From positions 124,001 to 188,000 of IMG/VR virus record IMGVR_UViG_3300005613_000002: a stretch of DNA of 64,000 bases; one strand, given 5' to 3'. This document shows, one piece after another, positions 39,751 to 50,184 of this stretch. The notes under the pieces are model-generated. The model saw only the letters and a list, made by a program, of their open reading frames with translations. It made no database searches and was not told the origin of the DNA. The translations under genes were made by a program, and so were the position numbers. Position 1 is the stretch's first letter, and the number at the start of each line of letters is the position of its first letter.

Positions 39751-40575
39751 ATGAATAGAAACAAAATGAAATTAATTAATTATTATAATAACGCAAATAA
39801 AATTGGTGTATATTGTATTAGAAATCAAGTTAATAATAAAATATATATTGGTAGTACTAAAAAATCCTTTAGTTCGAGAAAAAATAGACATCAACGTGAG
39901 TTAAGAAAAAATATTCATTATAATGAACATTTACAAAATGCATGGAATTATTATAAGGAAGAAAACTTTAGTTTTGAAATATTATTTATTTGTTCATCAG
40001 AAGAATCCGAAAAATTTGAAGGTGAATTTATAAAATTATATTCATCAAATAAAAGAGAATGTGGATATAATATAGCTAGTGTTTCCTCATATAGGTTTGG
40101 TTATAACATGTCAGATAATCATAATAATGAAAAAAGTTTAAGAAAAAAAGAAAGAGCAGTAAATTTAAATGGTTTAACGACAAATGAGAGAGGTATATCA
40201 AAATCATTTAAAGTTTATGATATTAATGGAAATTTTATTGAAGAATATAATAGTGAAAAAGAATTTATTGAAAAAAATGGTGGTTCTAAATCACATATAT
40301 CAATTATACTAAATAAAAGAGAATTATTTTATAAAAATAATATTATATTGTTTTCTGATGATTATTTATCGAATAGTGATGTTAATTATGCAAAAAATAA
40401 AGCAATAAAAAAAATCGAGTTATTTGATTTAAATGATGAATATATCACTACATTTGATTCGGCAAATCAATGTGCTGAATTTCTAAAATGTAAAGTTTCT
40501 GAAATAAGAATGTGCTGTTTAAATAAAAGAAGTAGAATAAAAAAATATGTAACTAAATATAAAATTTATGAATAA
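39751..40575 (+). CDS. GIY-YIG homing endonuclease
   Basis: GVYCIRNQVNNKIYIGST..R..H; GYN; NUMOD1-like C-terminal repeats. Confidence 0.85.
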   Translation: MNRNKMKLINYYNNANKIGVYCIRNQVNNKIYIGSTKKSFSSRKNRHQRELRKNIHYNEHLQNAWNYYKEENFSFEILFICSSEESEKFEGEFIKLYSSNKRECGYNIASVSSYRFGYNMSDNHNNEKSLRKKERAVNLNGLTTNERGISKSFKVYDINGNFIEEYNSEKEFIEKNGGSKSHISIILNKRELFYKNNIILFSDDYLSNSDVNYAKNKAIKKIELFDLNDEYITTFDSANQCAEFLKCKVSEIRMCCLNKRSRIKKYVTKYKIYE

Positions 40576-41428
40576 TTATAATAAAGACTCTGAAGAATTT
40601 CAAACAGGGAGAGGAAAGGGATTAAGATTCAATCAGGGAAAACTAAGATATGACTTAGTAGAACCACGTGCTCATTCTGATATGGTTGAAGTACTTACCG
40701 ATGGAGCAAATAAATATCAGTCAAGAAATTGGGAAAACGGATTGAGTTGGACATCAGTATTAGCTAGTTTAAAACGACATATTGCAGCGGTAGAATCTGG
40801 TGAAGATTATGACCCTGAAAGTGGTAGATTACATATTGCACATGCTGCATGTAATGTACATTTTTTAAATGCATTTTACTATACTTTTCCACAAGGTGAT
40901 GATAGACCTAAAAGGTTTTTAAAATTACCAAAAATTGGTTTAGATATTGATGGTGTTATTGCTGATTTTTCTGGTGCATGGAATAATTTATACCCTGAAA
41001 TCCCAGTTGAACCAAATTCATGGCATCTTGATAGGAAAATTGGTGAAAGATTTGAAAAAATGAAAACAGATGGAACTCTTAATGATTTTTATTTGAAAAT
41101 TAAACCATTAATAAAACCAGAAGACTTACCATTTGAACCACATTGTTATATAACATCAAGACCAATAATTAAAGAAATTACTGAACAATGGTTAGATATA
41201 CATCAATTTCCAGCTAAAACTGTTTATAGTATTGATATTCGTGAAAGTAAAGTAGATGCTGCTAAAGACGCAGGAGTTGAAATTTTTATTGATGATTCTT
41301 TTGATAATTTTATTGATTTAAATAATAATGGAATATTTACATATTTATTCACTGCCAGTTATAATAAAAAACACGATGTTGGTCATATGAGAATTAATAC
41401 TTTAAATGAACTTCCAATATTAAAATAA
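40568..41428 (+). CDS. dATP/dGTP diphosphohydrolase domain fused to a HAD 5'(3')-deoxyribonucleotidase-like domain
   Basis: GKLRYDL..GANKY..NWENG..RH..DPESGRLHIAHAACN; LDIDGV..FIDD. Confidence 0.75.
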   Translation: MNNYNKDSEEFQTGRGKGLRFNQGKLRYDLVEPRAHSDMVEVLTDGANKYQSRNWENGLSWTSVLASLKRHIAAVESGEDYDPESGRLHIAHAACNVHFLNAFYYTFPQGDDRPKRFLKLPKIGLDIDGVIADFSGAWNNLYPEIPVEPNSWHLDRKIGERFEKMKTDGTLNDFYLKIKPLIKPEDLPFEPHCYITSRPIIKEITEQWLDIHQFPAKTVYSIDIRESKVDAAKDAGVEIFIDDSFDNFIDLNNNGIFTYLFTASYNKKHDVGHMRINTLNELPILK

Positions 41429-41782
41429 ATTATCAACTTTTTTAAATGGTATTAATGTATTTATCCATATGAGTAAGATAATAAACGATATTGTTGATGA
41501 TTTAATGGATGATATTGATATCAAACCAAAAAGATCAAAATTGATTGTGAAATGGACAATTAGAATTTCTGTTTTAGCAATAGTTTGCGCTTTTTTAATT
41601 GGTCAACGTGGAGTGAGATTTTTTAATTCTATTAGTATTATTAAATCTGATATTGTTGTTATTAAAGAAGATATTTCAGATTTAAAAAAAACAGATGAAA
41701 AATTGGAGAGTTCAATAAAAGAAAACGAAAACGATATTGATGAAAATCATGATGACTTTATAAATTATAAATTAAAAAAACA

Positions 41783-42448
41783 ATGAAAATAGTTTTTATT
41801 TCTGATAGTCATAATAAACATAAACAATTAAAAAATTTACCAGAAGCAGATGTGATTGTACATTCTGGCGATTTTTCTTCAATGGGTTATGAACATGAGA
41901 TTCGTAATTTCTTAAAATGGTATTCCAAGTTATCACAATATAAGCACAAGATATTTATTGCTGGAAATCATGATAAATTGTTTGAAGATAATACTACTTT
42001 AGCTAAAACACTAATACCTGAAAATATTATTTATTTAGAAGACACAGGTATTGAGATAGATGGTATTACTTTTTATGGTAGTCCAGTTAGTTTACCTTTT
42101 CTTAATTGGTCATTTATGCGACCAGAATATAAATTAAAACAACATTGGGAAATAATTCCAAATGATACTGATGTTTTGATAACACATACTCCACCATTTG
42201 GAATTAAAGATTATGCTAGATTTGGTACTGGAAATCATTGTGGAAGTGAATCATTATATCATGAGGTAACTAATAGAATTAAACCAAAAATTCATTGTTT
42301 TGGTCATATTCATTCTGAGTATGGTGTGAGCAAAATTGGTGATACAACATTTATGAATGTATCAGTGTTGAACGATGATTACCAAATGCAAAATAAACCA
42401 ATACTTGTTGAATTAATTGATAATAAGGTAAATATTTTAGAAATATAA
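41783..42448 (+). CDS. Metallophosphoesterase
   Basis: SDSH, HSGD, GNHD, THTPP, FGHIH. Confidence 0.9.
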   Translation: MKIVFISDSHNKHKQLKNLPEADVIVHSGDFSSMGYEHEIRNFLKWYSKLSQYKHKIFIAGNHDKLFEDNTTLAKTLIPENIIYLEDTGIEIDGITFYGSPVSLPFLNWSFMRPEYKLKQHWEIIPNDTDVLITHTPPFGIKDYARFGTGNHCGSESLYHEVTNRIKPKIHCFGHIHSEYGVSKIGDTTFMNVSVLNDDYQMQNKPILVELIDNKVNILEI

Positions 42449-42691
42449 ATAAGTATGGGATTTAATATAAATGAAAAAATAAAAACTGAATTACATTATA
42501 AGGATATTGCATTAATTGCTGTTGCATTAGGTGATTATCAAAAAAGATATAAAGATTCAGCTAAACCAGAAATATTAAAACGAGCTAAAGATTTAGTAAA
42601 TAGATTAGGAATTGAAATGTATGATTGTCCAGAAGATAATGAATTACTAATTTTCTAATAATTTTAGTATTTATATTCAAAAGAATTTCTA

Positions 42692-43579
42692 ATGAATATT
42701 TACAAGATAATTAATGAAGAATATGCTAGATTTTTAAAAGAAGAATACGATGAAAATGTGTATGAAACTTTTTTTGAAAAAGAACAAACTATAAAGAATA
42801 ACATATTTGGTGATTTTTTATATAAAAATAATTCTGACTTTACAAAACATGTATATTGGAAACTTATACCTTATTTAAGATTAAAAAAGATTTGGGAAGA
42901 TTATATATCTAAAGGATTTATAAGAGATGAAAAAGGTTTAAACATGATAAAAGGCATTATGATTGCCAATACTATTAAAGTTGGTATATTTACCATGTTA
43001 GCTGGTCATACTCAAGAAAGTCCAGATGATGATTTTGAAGAAAATATTGGTTATTTTATTGATGACCAATTAAATTGTTTATTTAAACCAGATAAGAATG
43101 ATAAAAATCAATTAGAAAATCCTGAGAATCCTAATAAAGAAAAACCTGAACCACATCAAGAACCATGTAGAACTACAGTAGTGCCGTATATTCAAAGATT
43201 ATTTAATGAAAATAATGAATTAGGTCGTAATGAATTAAAAGAATTAATTAATGACGATTTAATTGGAAAATTTTATGATTATTATGCTGGAGATAAAGAT
43301 AATAAATTAGGTGGTTTTGTTAGTGATTATGGATTAAAACCATTACAAAAATTATTATTTCAATTAATGAAAACTCAAGAATCAAAAGAAGAATTGGTTT
43401 TAATTGATAGAATGTTAAATGTATTACATCAACGTTCAGATATTGCAAGTTGGTTTGTTGAGGGTGGAAGTAACGCATTAAGTCAACTAAGTGGATATGA
43501 AACACCTGATGAAGAAAGTGGTGGTTATGACACTAAAAGCGTTATTTCTGGCAGATATAATATGTCTGATTACAATTAA
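42692..43579 (+). CDS. Hypothetical protein with N-terminal KIINEE motif
   Basis: 295 aa; GTATTTAT upstream. Confidence 0.6.
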   Translation: MNIYKIINEEYARFLKEEYDENVYETFFEKEQTIKNNIFGDFLYKNNSDFTKHVYWKLIPYLRLKKIWEDYISKGFIRDEKGLNMIKGIMIANTIKVGIFTMLAGHTQESPDDDFEENIGYFIDDQLNCLFKPDKNDKNQLENPENPNKEKPEPHQEPCRTTVVPYIQRLFNENNELGRNELKELINDDLIGKFYDYYAGDKDNKLGGFVSDYGLKPLQKLLFQLMKTQESKEELVLIDRMLNVLHQRSDIASWFVEGGSNALSQLSGYETPDEESGGYDTKSVISGRYNMSDYN

Positions 43580-44032
43580 TTTCTAAAATTTTTGACTTTA
43601 TGATATTTTTATTCTATTTATGTGAAAATTATAATAAAAATAAAACATAATGAGCATGAATACCAATGAATTATTTGAAAATATACAAGAAGATTTTATT
43701 ACTGACGAATCAGATGGTGAATTAACATTACAAAGGAATTCTATTGTTTGGTCATATACACTTGAAGATGATTGTGAGGATATTGATTTATCGGATTGTG
43801 ACGATGAAGATATATATAACCAATTTGAATCAACAACTGCTGATGAAATATTAGATGAAGTTAGTAATAATTATATTGAAAAACTTAAATTGTTTTTAGA
43901 TAACCTAAATGAATTAGAAAACTGGACATTTTCAGAACCAGATATTATTGAGGATACAATAAGTTTCAAACTATTTTAATTTTAATGTAACATTCTTTAT
44001 TTATTTGCGTATATTTACAAAAAATAAATATT

Positions 44033-45046
44033 ATGGGTGGTAAAGCATTAAATAATTATGGTGTGTTCACAGAAAGAAAGAATACCGATGAATTTTTGAG
44101 AATTGGTCGAGAAATTAAAAGTACAGTTGAATTTGATTTAGATATCATTTGCAGTGTTGTCACTTGTTATCATACCAAACCAGACCACGGAGATTTGGAT
44201 TTACTAATTAGGATGACTGATAATTTACAAATTGATTGGAAGAATTATATTCAATCTAAATTTAAACCAAGAGCAATTCATAATAATGGTGGTGTGTATT
44301 CTTTTGATTATCAAAATTTTCAAATTGATTTTATCCCTGTTAAGTCAAAAAAATGGGAAACTGCATTAGTTTACTATTCATATGACCCACTTGGTAATAT
44401 TATGGGAAAAACATTTCATAAATTTGGTTTATCTTATGGTTGGGATGGTTTATTCTATAAGTTCAGAAATTTCTCAGGCGCAAATTCGAAGAATCTCTTA
44501 ATTTCAAATGATGCTAGAAAAATATTTGAATTTGGTGGATATGATTATGATAGATATCTACAAGGTTTTGAAACGATTGAAGATATTTTTAAATTTGCTA
44601 TTGCTGGAAAATATTTTGATTCTGAAATATTCCAAATGGAAAATTTGAAAAGTATTGACAAGAAAAGAAACCGTAAACGTGGTTCTTATCATACATATTT
44701 GAATTATATTAAAGAGAATGATATTAATGTTAGATATCAATTTAGATTAAATAAACAAGATTATTTACCAATGATTGAAGAAACATTTCCTGAAGCAAAA
44801 CTTTTGGAACAATTGAATGGATTGAAAAATAACGATAGGTTAATGAAAATAATTTCAATGAAATTTAATGGTGATATTGTTATGTCATGGCTACCAAATC
44901 TAAAAGGGAAACAATTGGGTGGTGCTATTAGAAATTTCAGAGATCATCTTGGTGACGATTATAATTCTTTTATTCTTAATAATAATTATGATACAATTCG
45001 TGAGTATTTCATGAAAACATACACAAAAAGTAATAACATTGAATAA
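44033..45046 (+). CDS. Pol-beta/PolX-like nucleotidyltransferase
   Basis: MGGKAL; KPDHGDLDLL; FQIDFI; ECF-type promoter at 43986-44011. Confidence 0.65.
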   Translation: MGGKALNNYGVFTERKNTDEFLRIGREIKSTVEFDLDIICSVVTCYHTKPDHGDLDLLIRMTDNLQIDWKNYIQSKFKPRAIHNNGGVYSFDYQNFQIDFIPVKSKKWETALVYYSYDPLGNIMGKTFHKFGLSYGWDGLFYKFRNFSGANSKNLLISNDARKIFEFGGYDYDRYLQGFETIEDIFKFAIAGKYFDSEIFQMENLKSIDKKRNRKRGSYHTYLNYIKENDINVRYQFRLNKQDYLPMIEETFPEAKLLEQLNGLKNNDRLMKIISMKFNGDIVMSWLPNLKGKQLGGAIRNFRDHLGDDYNSFILNNNYDTIREYFMKTYTKSNNIE

Positions 45047-45917
45047 TAATCGGGCAATAAACAACACATTAAAAACTGGAAGTAATAATCTGAACAATGA
45101 AAATTGGGCAGTTCATCACCCAAATGGTAAGCATATGTTTACTTGTGGTGAGAAAAAAGCTAAATGGTATTTAGATAGAGATTTAGCTTTTATTAATGAT
45201 GATAATAAAATCACATTAACATTTATTCCGAAGGGTGATGGTTTTGATGATAATGAAATATTTGGGAAAAGCATAAGGGAAACAATTTGTGTTGTTAGTG
45301 GAAAGCCTGATGGATTACAACGGCATCACATTGTTCCCTATTGTTATAGGACTTATTTTCCTGATGAATTTAAATCCAAAAATCATCACGATGTTGTGTT
45401 AATAAATCATAAATTACATTCAGATTATGAACAGATTGCATCACAATATAAAGATGAAATAGCTGATATATATGGGATTGGTAAAATTAGTGATTTAAAC
45501 ACTAAATATACTAAAATGTTACGGGATAGTTCATGTACATATTCAATTCCAATGAATTTATTGAATTCATTATTTAATTCATATGGTCTAATTAGTGAAA
45601 CAGCAAAGTATGATAAATTAATACAAATATCAAAACATACTAATATTCCATTTAAAACAATATGTAGTTATTCATATATCCAACTATATAAAATATATTT
45701 ATATTTAAAAGAAAAACATAAAATAGAAAAAGAAAATGTCAAAATAAAAAATCGTAAAATATATGACCACGGATATCAATTATCATTAAAACTTGATACT
45801 GATAAAAAGATTGAAAATTTTGTAAAATTATGGAGAAAACATTTTATTGATACTATGCAACCTAAATTCATGCCAATTGGTTGGTCAATCGATTTTAAAT
45901 TTAAAACAAAATTATAA
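45039..45917 (+). CDS. HNH-like protein resembling the EXD2 C-terminal domain
   Basis: KAKWY, CVVSG, RHHIVPYCYR, KSKNHHDVV, WRKHFIDTMQPKFMP..WS. Confidence 0.6.
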   Translation: MNNNRAINNTLKTGSNNLNNENWAVHHPNGKHMFTCGEKKAKWYLDRDLAFINDDNKITLTFIPKGDGFDDNEIFGKSIRETICVVSGKPDGLQRHHIVPYCYRTYFPDEFKSKNHHDVVLINHKLHSDYEQIASQYKDEIADIYGIGKISDLNTKYTKMLRDSSCTYSIPMNLLNSLFNSYGLISETAKYDKLIQISKHTNIPFKTICSYSYIQLYKIYLYLKEKHKIEKENVKIKNRKIYDHGYQLSLKLDTDKKIENFVKLWRKHFIDTMQPKFMPIGWSIDFKFKTKL

Positions 45918-45971
45918 AACGCTTGTAAAAATAAAATATAATAACTAATATTGTAAATAAAAATATACGAA

Positions 45972-46481
45972 ATGAAATTACAAAAAGCATTAAAACTAAG
46001 AAAAAGTTTGATTGGTGATATCACTAAACTAAAACAACAAATTAATGATAAAAATTCTTATATAATTACTAGGGATAATTCTGGTGAAATTCTTTCTACT
46101 GTAAAAATAAATGTTTCTGATTTATATGAAAAATTATTGGATAAAATCAATCAACTTATAGGATTGAAATATGCAATAAATGAAGCTAATATTGAAATTC
46201 AATCAAAAATTTATTCACTATCAGAACAAAAAGCACTTATTGTATTTTGGAATGAAGTGAGTGTATTGGAAGGTGCGCAAGCAATTGGTTATTCTGAAAA
46301 TATAAAAGAATATGGAGTACAGTTTGATGAAATTCAACGTAATAAAATTGTTGATGAACTTCAAAAAAAGGTGGATGCGATTCAAGAAGAAATCGACACA
46401 TACAATTATACCACTGAAATTCCTTGGGATGAACCTGAACCTCAAAAAGAAAAACCAATAATCGAATCTAAGAAAAAATAA
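45972..46481 (+). CDS. DIP1984-like coiled-coil protein
   Basis: MKLQKALKLRK..LKYAINEAN..IDTYNYTTEI. Confidence 0.55.
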   Translation: MKLQKALKLRKSLIGDITKLKQQINDKNSYIITRDNSGEILSTVKINVSDLYEKLLDKINQLIGLKYAINEANIEIQSKIYSLSEQKALIVFWNEVSVLEGAQAIGYSENIKEYGVQFDEIQRNKIVDELQKKVDAIQEEIDTYNYTTEIPWDEPEPQKEKPIIESKKK

Positions 46482-47419
46482 AGACATTAAAGTGTGTTAT
46501 ATTACTATTGAAATATTTAATTAAACAAACTATAGAAAATGATATTGATTTGAATGTTTAAAAATCACATATTCATGGACTTAAAAATTAAGCATTAAAA
46601 CTTAAAACTCATTTATATTAATTATTTTAATTCTAATATACACACTTTTTTAATTATAAACGATGATAGACATTAGCGATAAAACTAGAGAAGAATTAAA
46701 TAATATTATTCGAAAATATGAACAACCATTACTAACATTAAAAGAAACTGAATTATATCCACAATATGCTGTGGTTATTGATATTGCTGAACCAATATTA
46801 ATAAAAAAAGATGAAGTATTTAATGCACATTGGAAAGCAATAATTTTATTATTTATCGTAAAATCTATTGATAATTTTGAGTTTCAAGCTGATATTGAAA
46901 ATTTCATTCTTGATTTCGAGAAATATTTTAAAATCAATTATCAAGATTTTTTAGAGAATTCAGTAATTGATGATGAATTTGATAGAGATTTTATATTTGT
47001 GAAATTATACATTAATAATAAAACAACATGAAAAAATTTATCAAATATAAAAGAATCGTTAAAGAAGTTAATTCTAATTCAATAAATGATTTATTTAAAG
47101 AAATAATTAGTGGTGGTCTTGAAATTATATATTATAATGAGAAATTATTGAAAGATAGTAAGAATTTTACTGTTACAATTGTAGCTGGTAAAACTCAAAG
47201 CAATATTCTATGAGCAAAAATTCTGGATACCTAGTTGAAACAAAAAACGGTCAAAAGGGTAGAACATATCATTGTGAAAACTTAATCAATAAGAAAACTA
47301 TTGTCCATATTGATAAAGAAAATAAGTCAATGAAAATATTATGTGAACCAGACACATTAAAAATCCTTGGTTTTGTTGATTAATAATATCTTATTTAGTA
47401 TTTATGCAAAAAGGATATT

Positions 47420-47983
47420 ATGAATTCAAAAGATAATATAATAGGGATAATTAATGAGGAAATAGATAGATGGTTTGATGATGATGAATCAAGTTTATTG
47501 GATAAATATTATGAAAAAAAATTCGGAATTGTGAAAGAACCACCACAAAAAGAAATTGATGTTAATCCTAATGATATATCAAAAGGAGAATTAATAGGAT
47601 TTCTTGATAAGTCGTGGGAAACTAAATTGGATAATCCAATTCCTGTATATAAGAATCCAATATCTTTAGATAGTTTTGACCATAGTGCTAGAGGGGTTTT
47701 ACTTGAAAATGGTGATTTCTTTCTTGGGAAAAGTTCAGAAGCAATGCATTTGAATATTTTACAACTACTTGTTAAATTAGGGTATCTTGGAAGTAATGTA
47801 CCTTTAACTGGTTATGAACAAAAAAAACCAAAAGAATATGTTGCTGTTGGTAGAATTGGTCGTTCTGATATTTTTAAAGAATCGGGAGTGTTTGACGAAT
47901 TCCCTGAATATTATCAAGTAATGTTTGATAATGCCAATAAAAAACATAAATATAAGTTTAGAAATTTCTCAGTGAAAAAATGA
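47420..47983 (+). CDS. Hypothetical protein with N-terminal IINEEI motif
   Basis: 187 aa; GTATTTAT upstream. Confidence 0.55.
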   Translation: MNSKDNIIGIINEEIDRWFDDDESSLLDKYYEKKFGIVKEPPQKEIDVNPNDISKGELIGFLDKSWETKLDNPIPVYKNPISLDSFDHSARGVLLENGDFFLGKSSEAMHLNILQLLVKLGYLGSNVPLTGYEQKKPKEYVAVGRIGRSDIFKESGVFDEFPEYYQVMFDNANKKHKYKFRNFSVKK

Positions 47984-47996
47984 TATTGAAATTAAT

Positions 47997-48905
47997 ATGA
48001 TAAATAAAGAATTTTTACAGGTATTAATTAAAAAAAATGGTAAAGTATTTTATAATGTATTTGCCACATCACACTCTGATTTAATTAATAAATATGTTAC
48101 TTTTGATGATAATATTAATGATTTTTTCAGGGCAACATATAGTCCAAATAATGGGAATAGATTTGATGATGTAGATAATTATCATTTATTTATAAATGAA
48201 CAATATATTCCTGATTGGTTTACCAATGGGAAAAAAGAAGCAATCGAAAAGAAATTAAAATTAATTATCCAATCATTAATTATTAAAGGTCGAAAAAAAT
48301 TATTACTAAATGAGGGTGGTATTTTAGTTAAAAATTCATGTATTGAAGAAGTTAAAAATTCAATTATTTTTGCTGCCTATGATAATTCACACATTAAAAA
48401 TCTCACAAATAATTCTATTGTACATAATTTAAATGATAATTCAGTTGTTGATGATATGTATGATAATACTTGTGTTTATAGTTGTGAAGGATTTTCTATG
48501 ATAAAAAAAATGCATGGATATTCTAGGGTGATTAAAATGAATGAACATTCTAAAGTTTGTGAAATGTTTGAACATTCACGTATTTCCACACTTAGAGGTG
48601 ACGCTAATGTTGAAGAAATGTTTGAAAAATCTAAAGCTAATAGACTCAAACATATGGCTAAAGTTGATGAAATGCATGGTCGTTCAGTTATTGAAGAAAT
48701 GTGGGATTATTCAATTGTTTTAAAAATGTTTGATGAAGCAAGAATTAATACAATGAACCAAGAATCAAAAGTAATTGAAATGTATGGGAATTCTGTAGTT
48801 GAACGAATGTGTGATAACACAACGATTGAAAAGCTGTATGAAAATTCGTTAGTGAAAAAAATTGAAAATATGGCGAAAATTTTAGAAAAACTATTAGATA
48901 AATAA
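47997..48905 (+). CDS. Beta-solenoid repeat protein
   Basis: About 9-aa M-x-x-x-S-x-V repeats in the C-terminal half. Confidence 0.55.
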   Translation: MINKEFLQVLIKKNGKVFYNVFATSHSDLINKYVTFDDNINDFFRATYSPNNGNRFDDVDNYHLFINEQYIPDWFTNGKKEAIEKKLKLIIQSLIIKGRKKLLLNEGGILVKNSCIEEVKNSIIFAAYDNSHIKNLTNNSIVHNLNDNSVVDDMYDNTCVYSCEGFSMIKKMHGYSRVIKMNEHSKVCEMFEHSRISTLRGDANVEEMFEKSKANRLKHMAKVDEMHGRSVIEEMWDYSIVLKMFDEARINTMNQESKVIEMYGNSVVERMCDNTTIEKLYENSLVKKIENMAKILEKLLDK

Positions 48906-48906
48906 A

Positions 48907-50184
48907 ATGGAAAATGTTAAAATTTGTGTTATTGGTTTAGGTTATGTGGGTTTACCATTAGCAACATTATTCGCTGAAAAATATCCAGTTGTTGGGTATG
49001 ATATTAATTCTAAAAGAATTAACCAATTAAAGAAAAAATATGATACCACACTAGAAGTTGATACAAATAAACTTGATTTTGTTTTGGTTGATGAAATACC
49101 AGAACAAAAAGGTTTATATTGTACTTATGATTATTTTGATATTAAATCATCTAATTTCTACATTATTACAGTTCCAACACCAGTTGATGAATTTAATAGA
49201 CCAGATTTAAAACCATTATTAAACGCATCGAAATTAGTTGGTAGCGTTATTAAGAGTGGTGATGTTATTGTTTTTGAATCAACAGTATTTCCATCAGCAA
49301 CAGAAGATTATTGTGTTCCTAAAATTGAAAAAGAATCAGGTCTAAGATATAATATTGATTTTTTTGTTGGTTATAGTCCAGAAAGAGTAAATCCAAGTGA
49401 TAAAGTACATACTATTGATAAAATAATGAAAGTAACATCAGGTTCAACACCAGAAATTGCTGATTATGTTGATAATGTTTATAAATCAATTATAACTGCT
49501 GGTACACATAAAGCTAGTTCGATAAAAGTAGCTGAAGCATCAAAAATAATTGAAAATGCTCAACGTGATGTTAATATTGCATTTATGAATGAAGTTGCTA
49601 AAATATTTAATAGATTAGATATTAATACAAATGATGTATTAAAAGCATCTGGAACAAAATGGAACTTTTTACCATTTAAACAAGGACTTGTTGGTGGACA
49701 TTGCATTGGTGTTGACCCTTATTATCTTACCCAAAAAGCACTAGAACTTGAATACACACCTGAATTAATTCAGGCAAGTAGAAAGATTAACGATAGTATG
49801 GGTAAATATGTTGCTGATGAAGTTATTAGAATGATGATTATTAATGACTTAAAAATAAAAAATTCAAATACTCTAATCCTTGGATTTACATTTAAAGAAA
49901 ATTGCACTGATTTTAGAAATACCAAAGTTGTTGATATTTATAATCAGTTAAAATATTTTGGAATTGATGTCGATATTTATGACCCTTGGGCAAGCCCAAG
50001 TAAAGTATTATCCGAATATAATATTAGATTACTTGATGAAATAACATACACTTATGATGCTATCATTTTAGCTGTAGCACATGATGAATTTAAAAAAATA
50101 AATTTAAATGAACATAGATTAAAAAATACTGTCGTATATGATGTGAAAGGATTTTTTAATGAAGATTATGTACAATATTTATAA
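48907..50184 (+). CDS. Nucleotide-sugar (UDP-GlcNAc/GalNAc) 6-dehydrogenase, TviB/WecC family
   Basis: GLGYVGLP, VPTP, ESTV, SPER, GGHCIGVDPY, GFTFKENC. Confidence 0.9.
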   Translation: MENVKICVIGLGYVGLPLATLFAEKYPVVGYDINSKRINQLKKKYDTTLEVDTNKLDFVLVDEIPEQKGLYCTYDYFDIKSSNFYIITVPTPVDEFNRPDLKPLLNASKLVGSVIKSGDVIVFESTVFPSATEDYCVPKIEKESGLRYNIDFFVGYSPERVNPSDKVHTIDKIMKVTSGSTPEIADYVDNVYKSIITAGTHKASSIKVAEASKIIENAQRDVNIAFMNEVAKIFNRLDINTNDVLKASGTKWNFLPFKQGLVGGHCIGVDPYYLTQKALELEYTPELIQASRKINDSMGKYVADEVIRMMIINDLKIKNSNTLILGFTFKENCTDFRNTKVVDIYNQLKYFGIDVDIYDPWASPSKVLSEYNIRLLDEITYTYDAIILAVAHDEFKKINLNEHRLKNTVVYDVKGFFNEDYVQYL

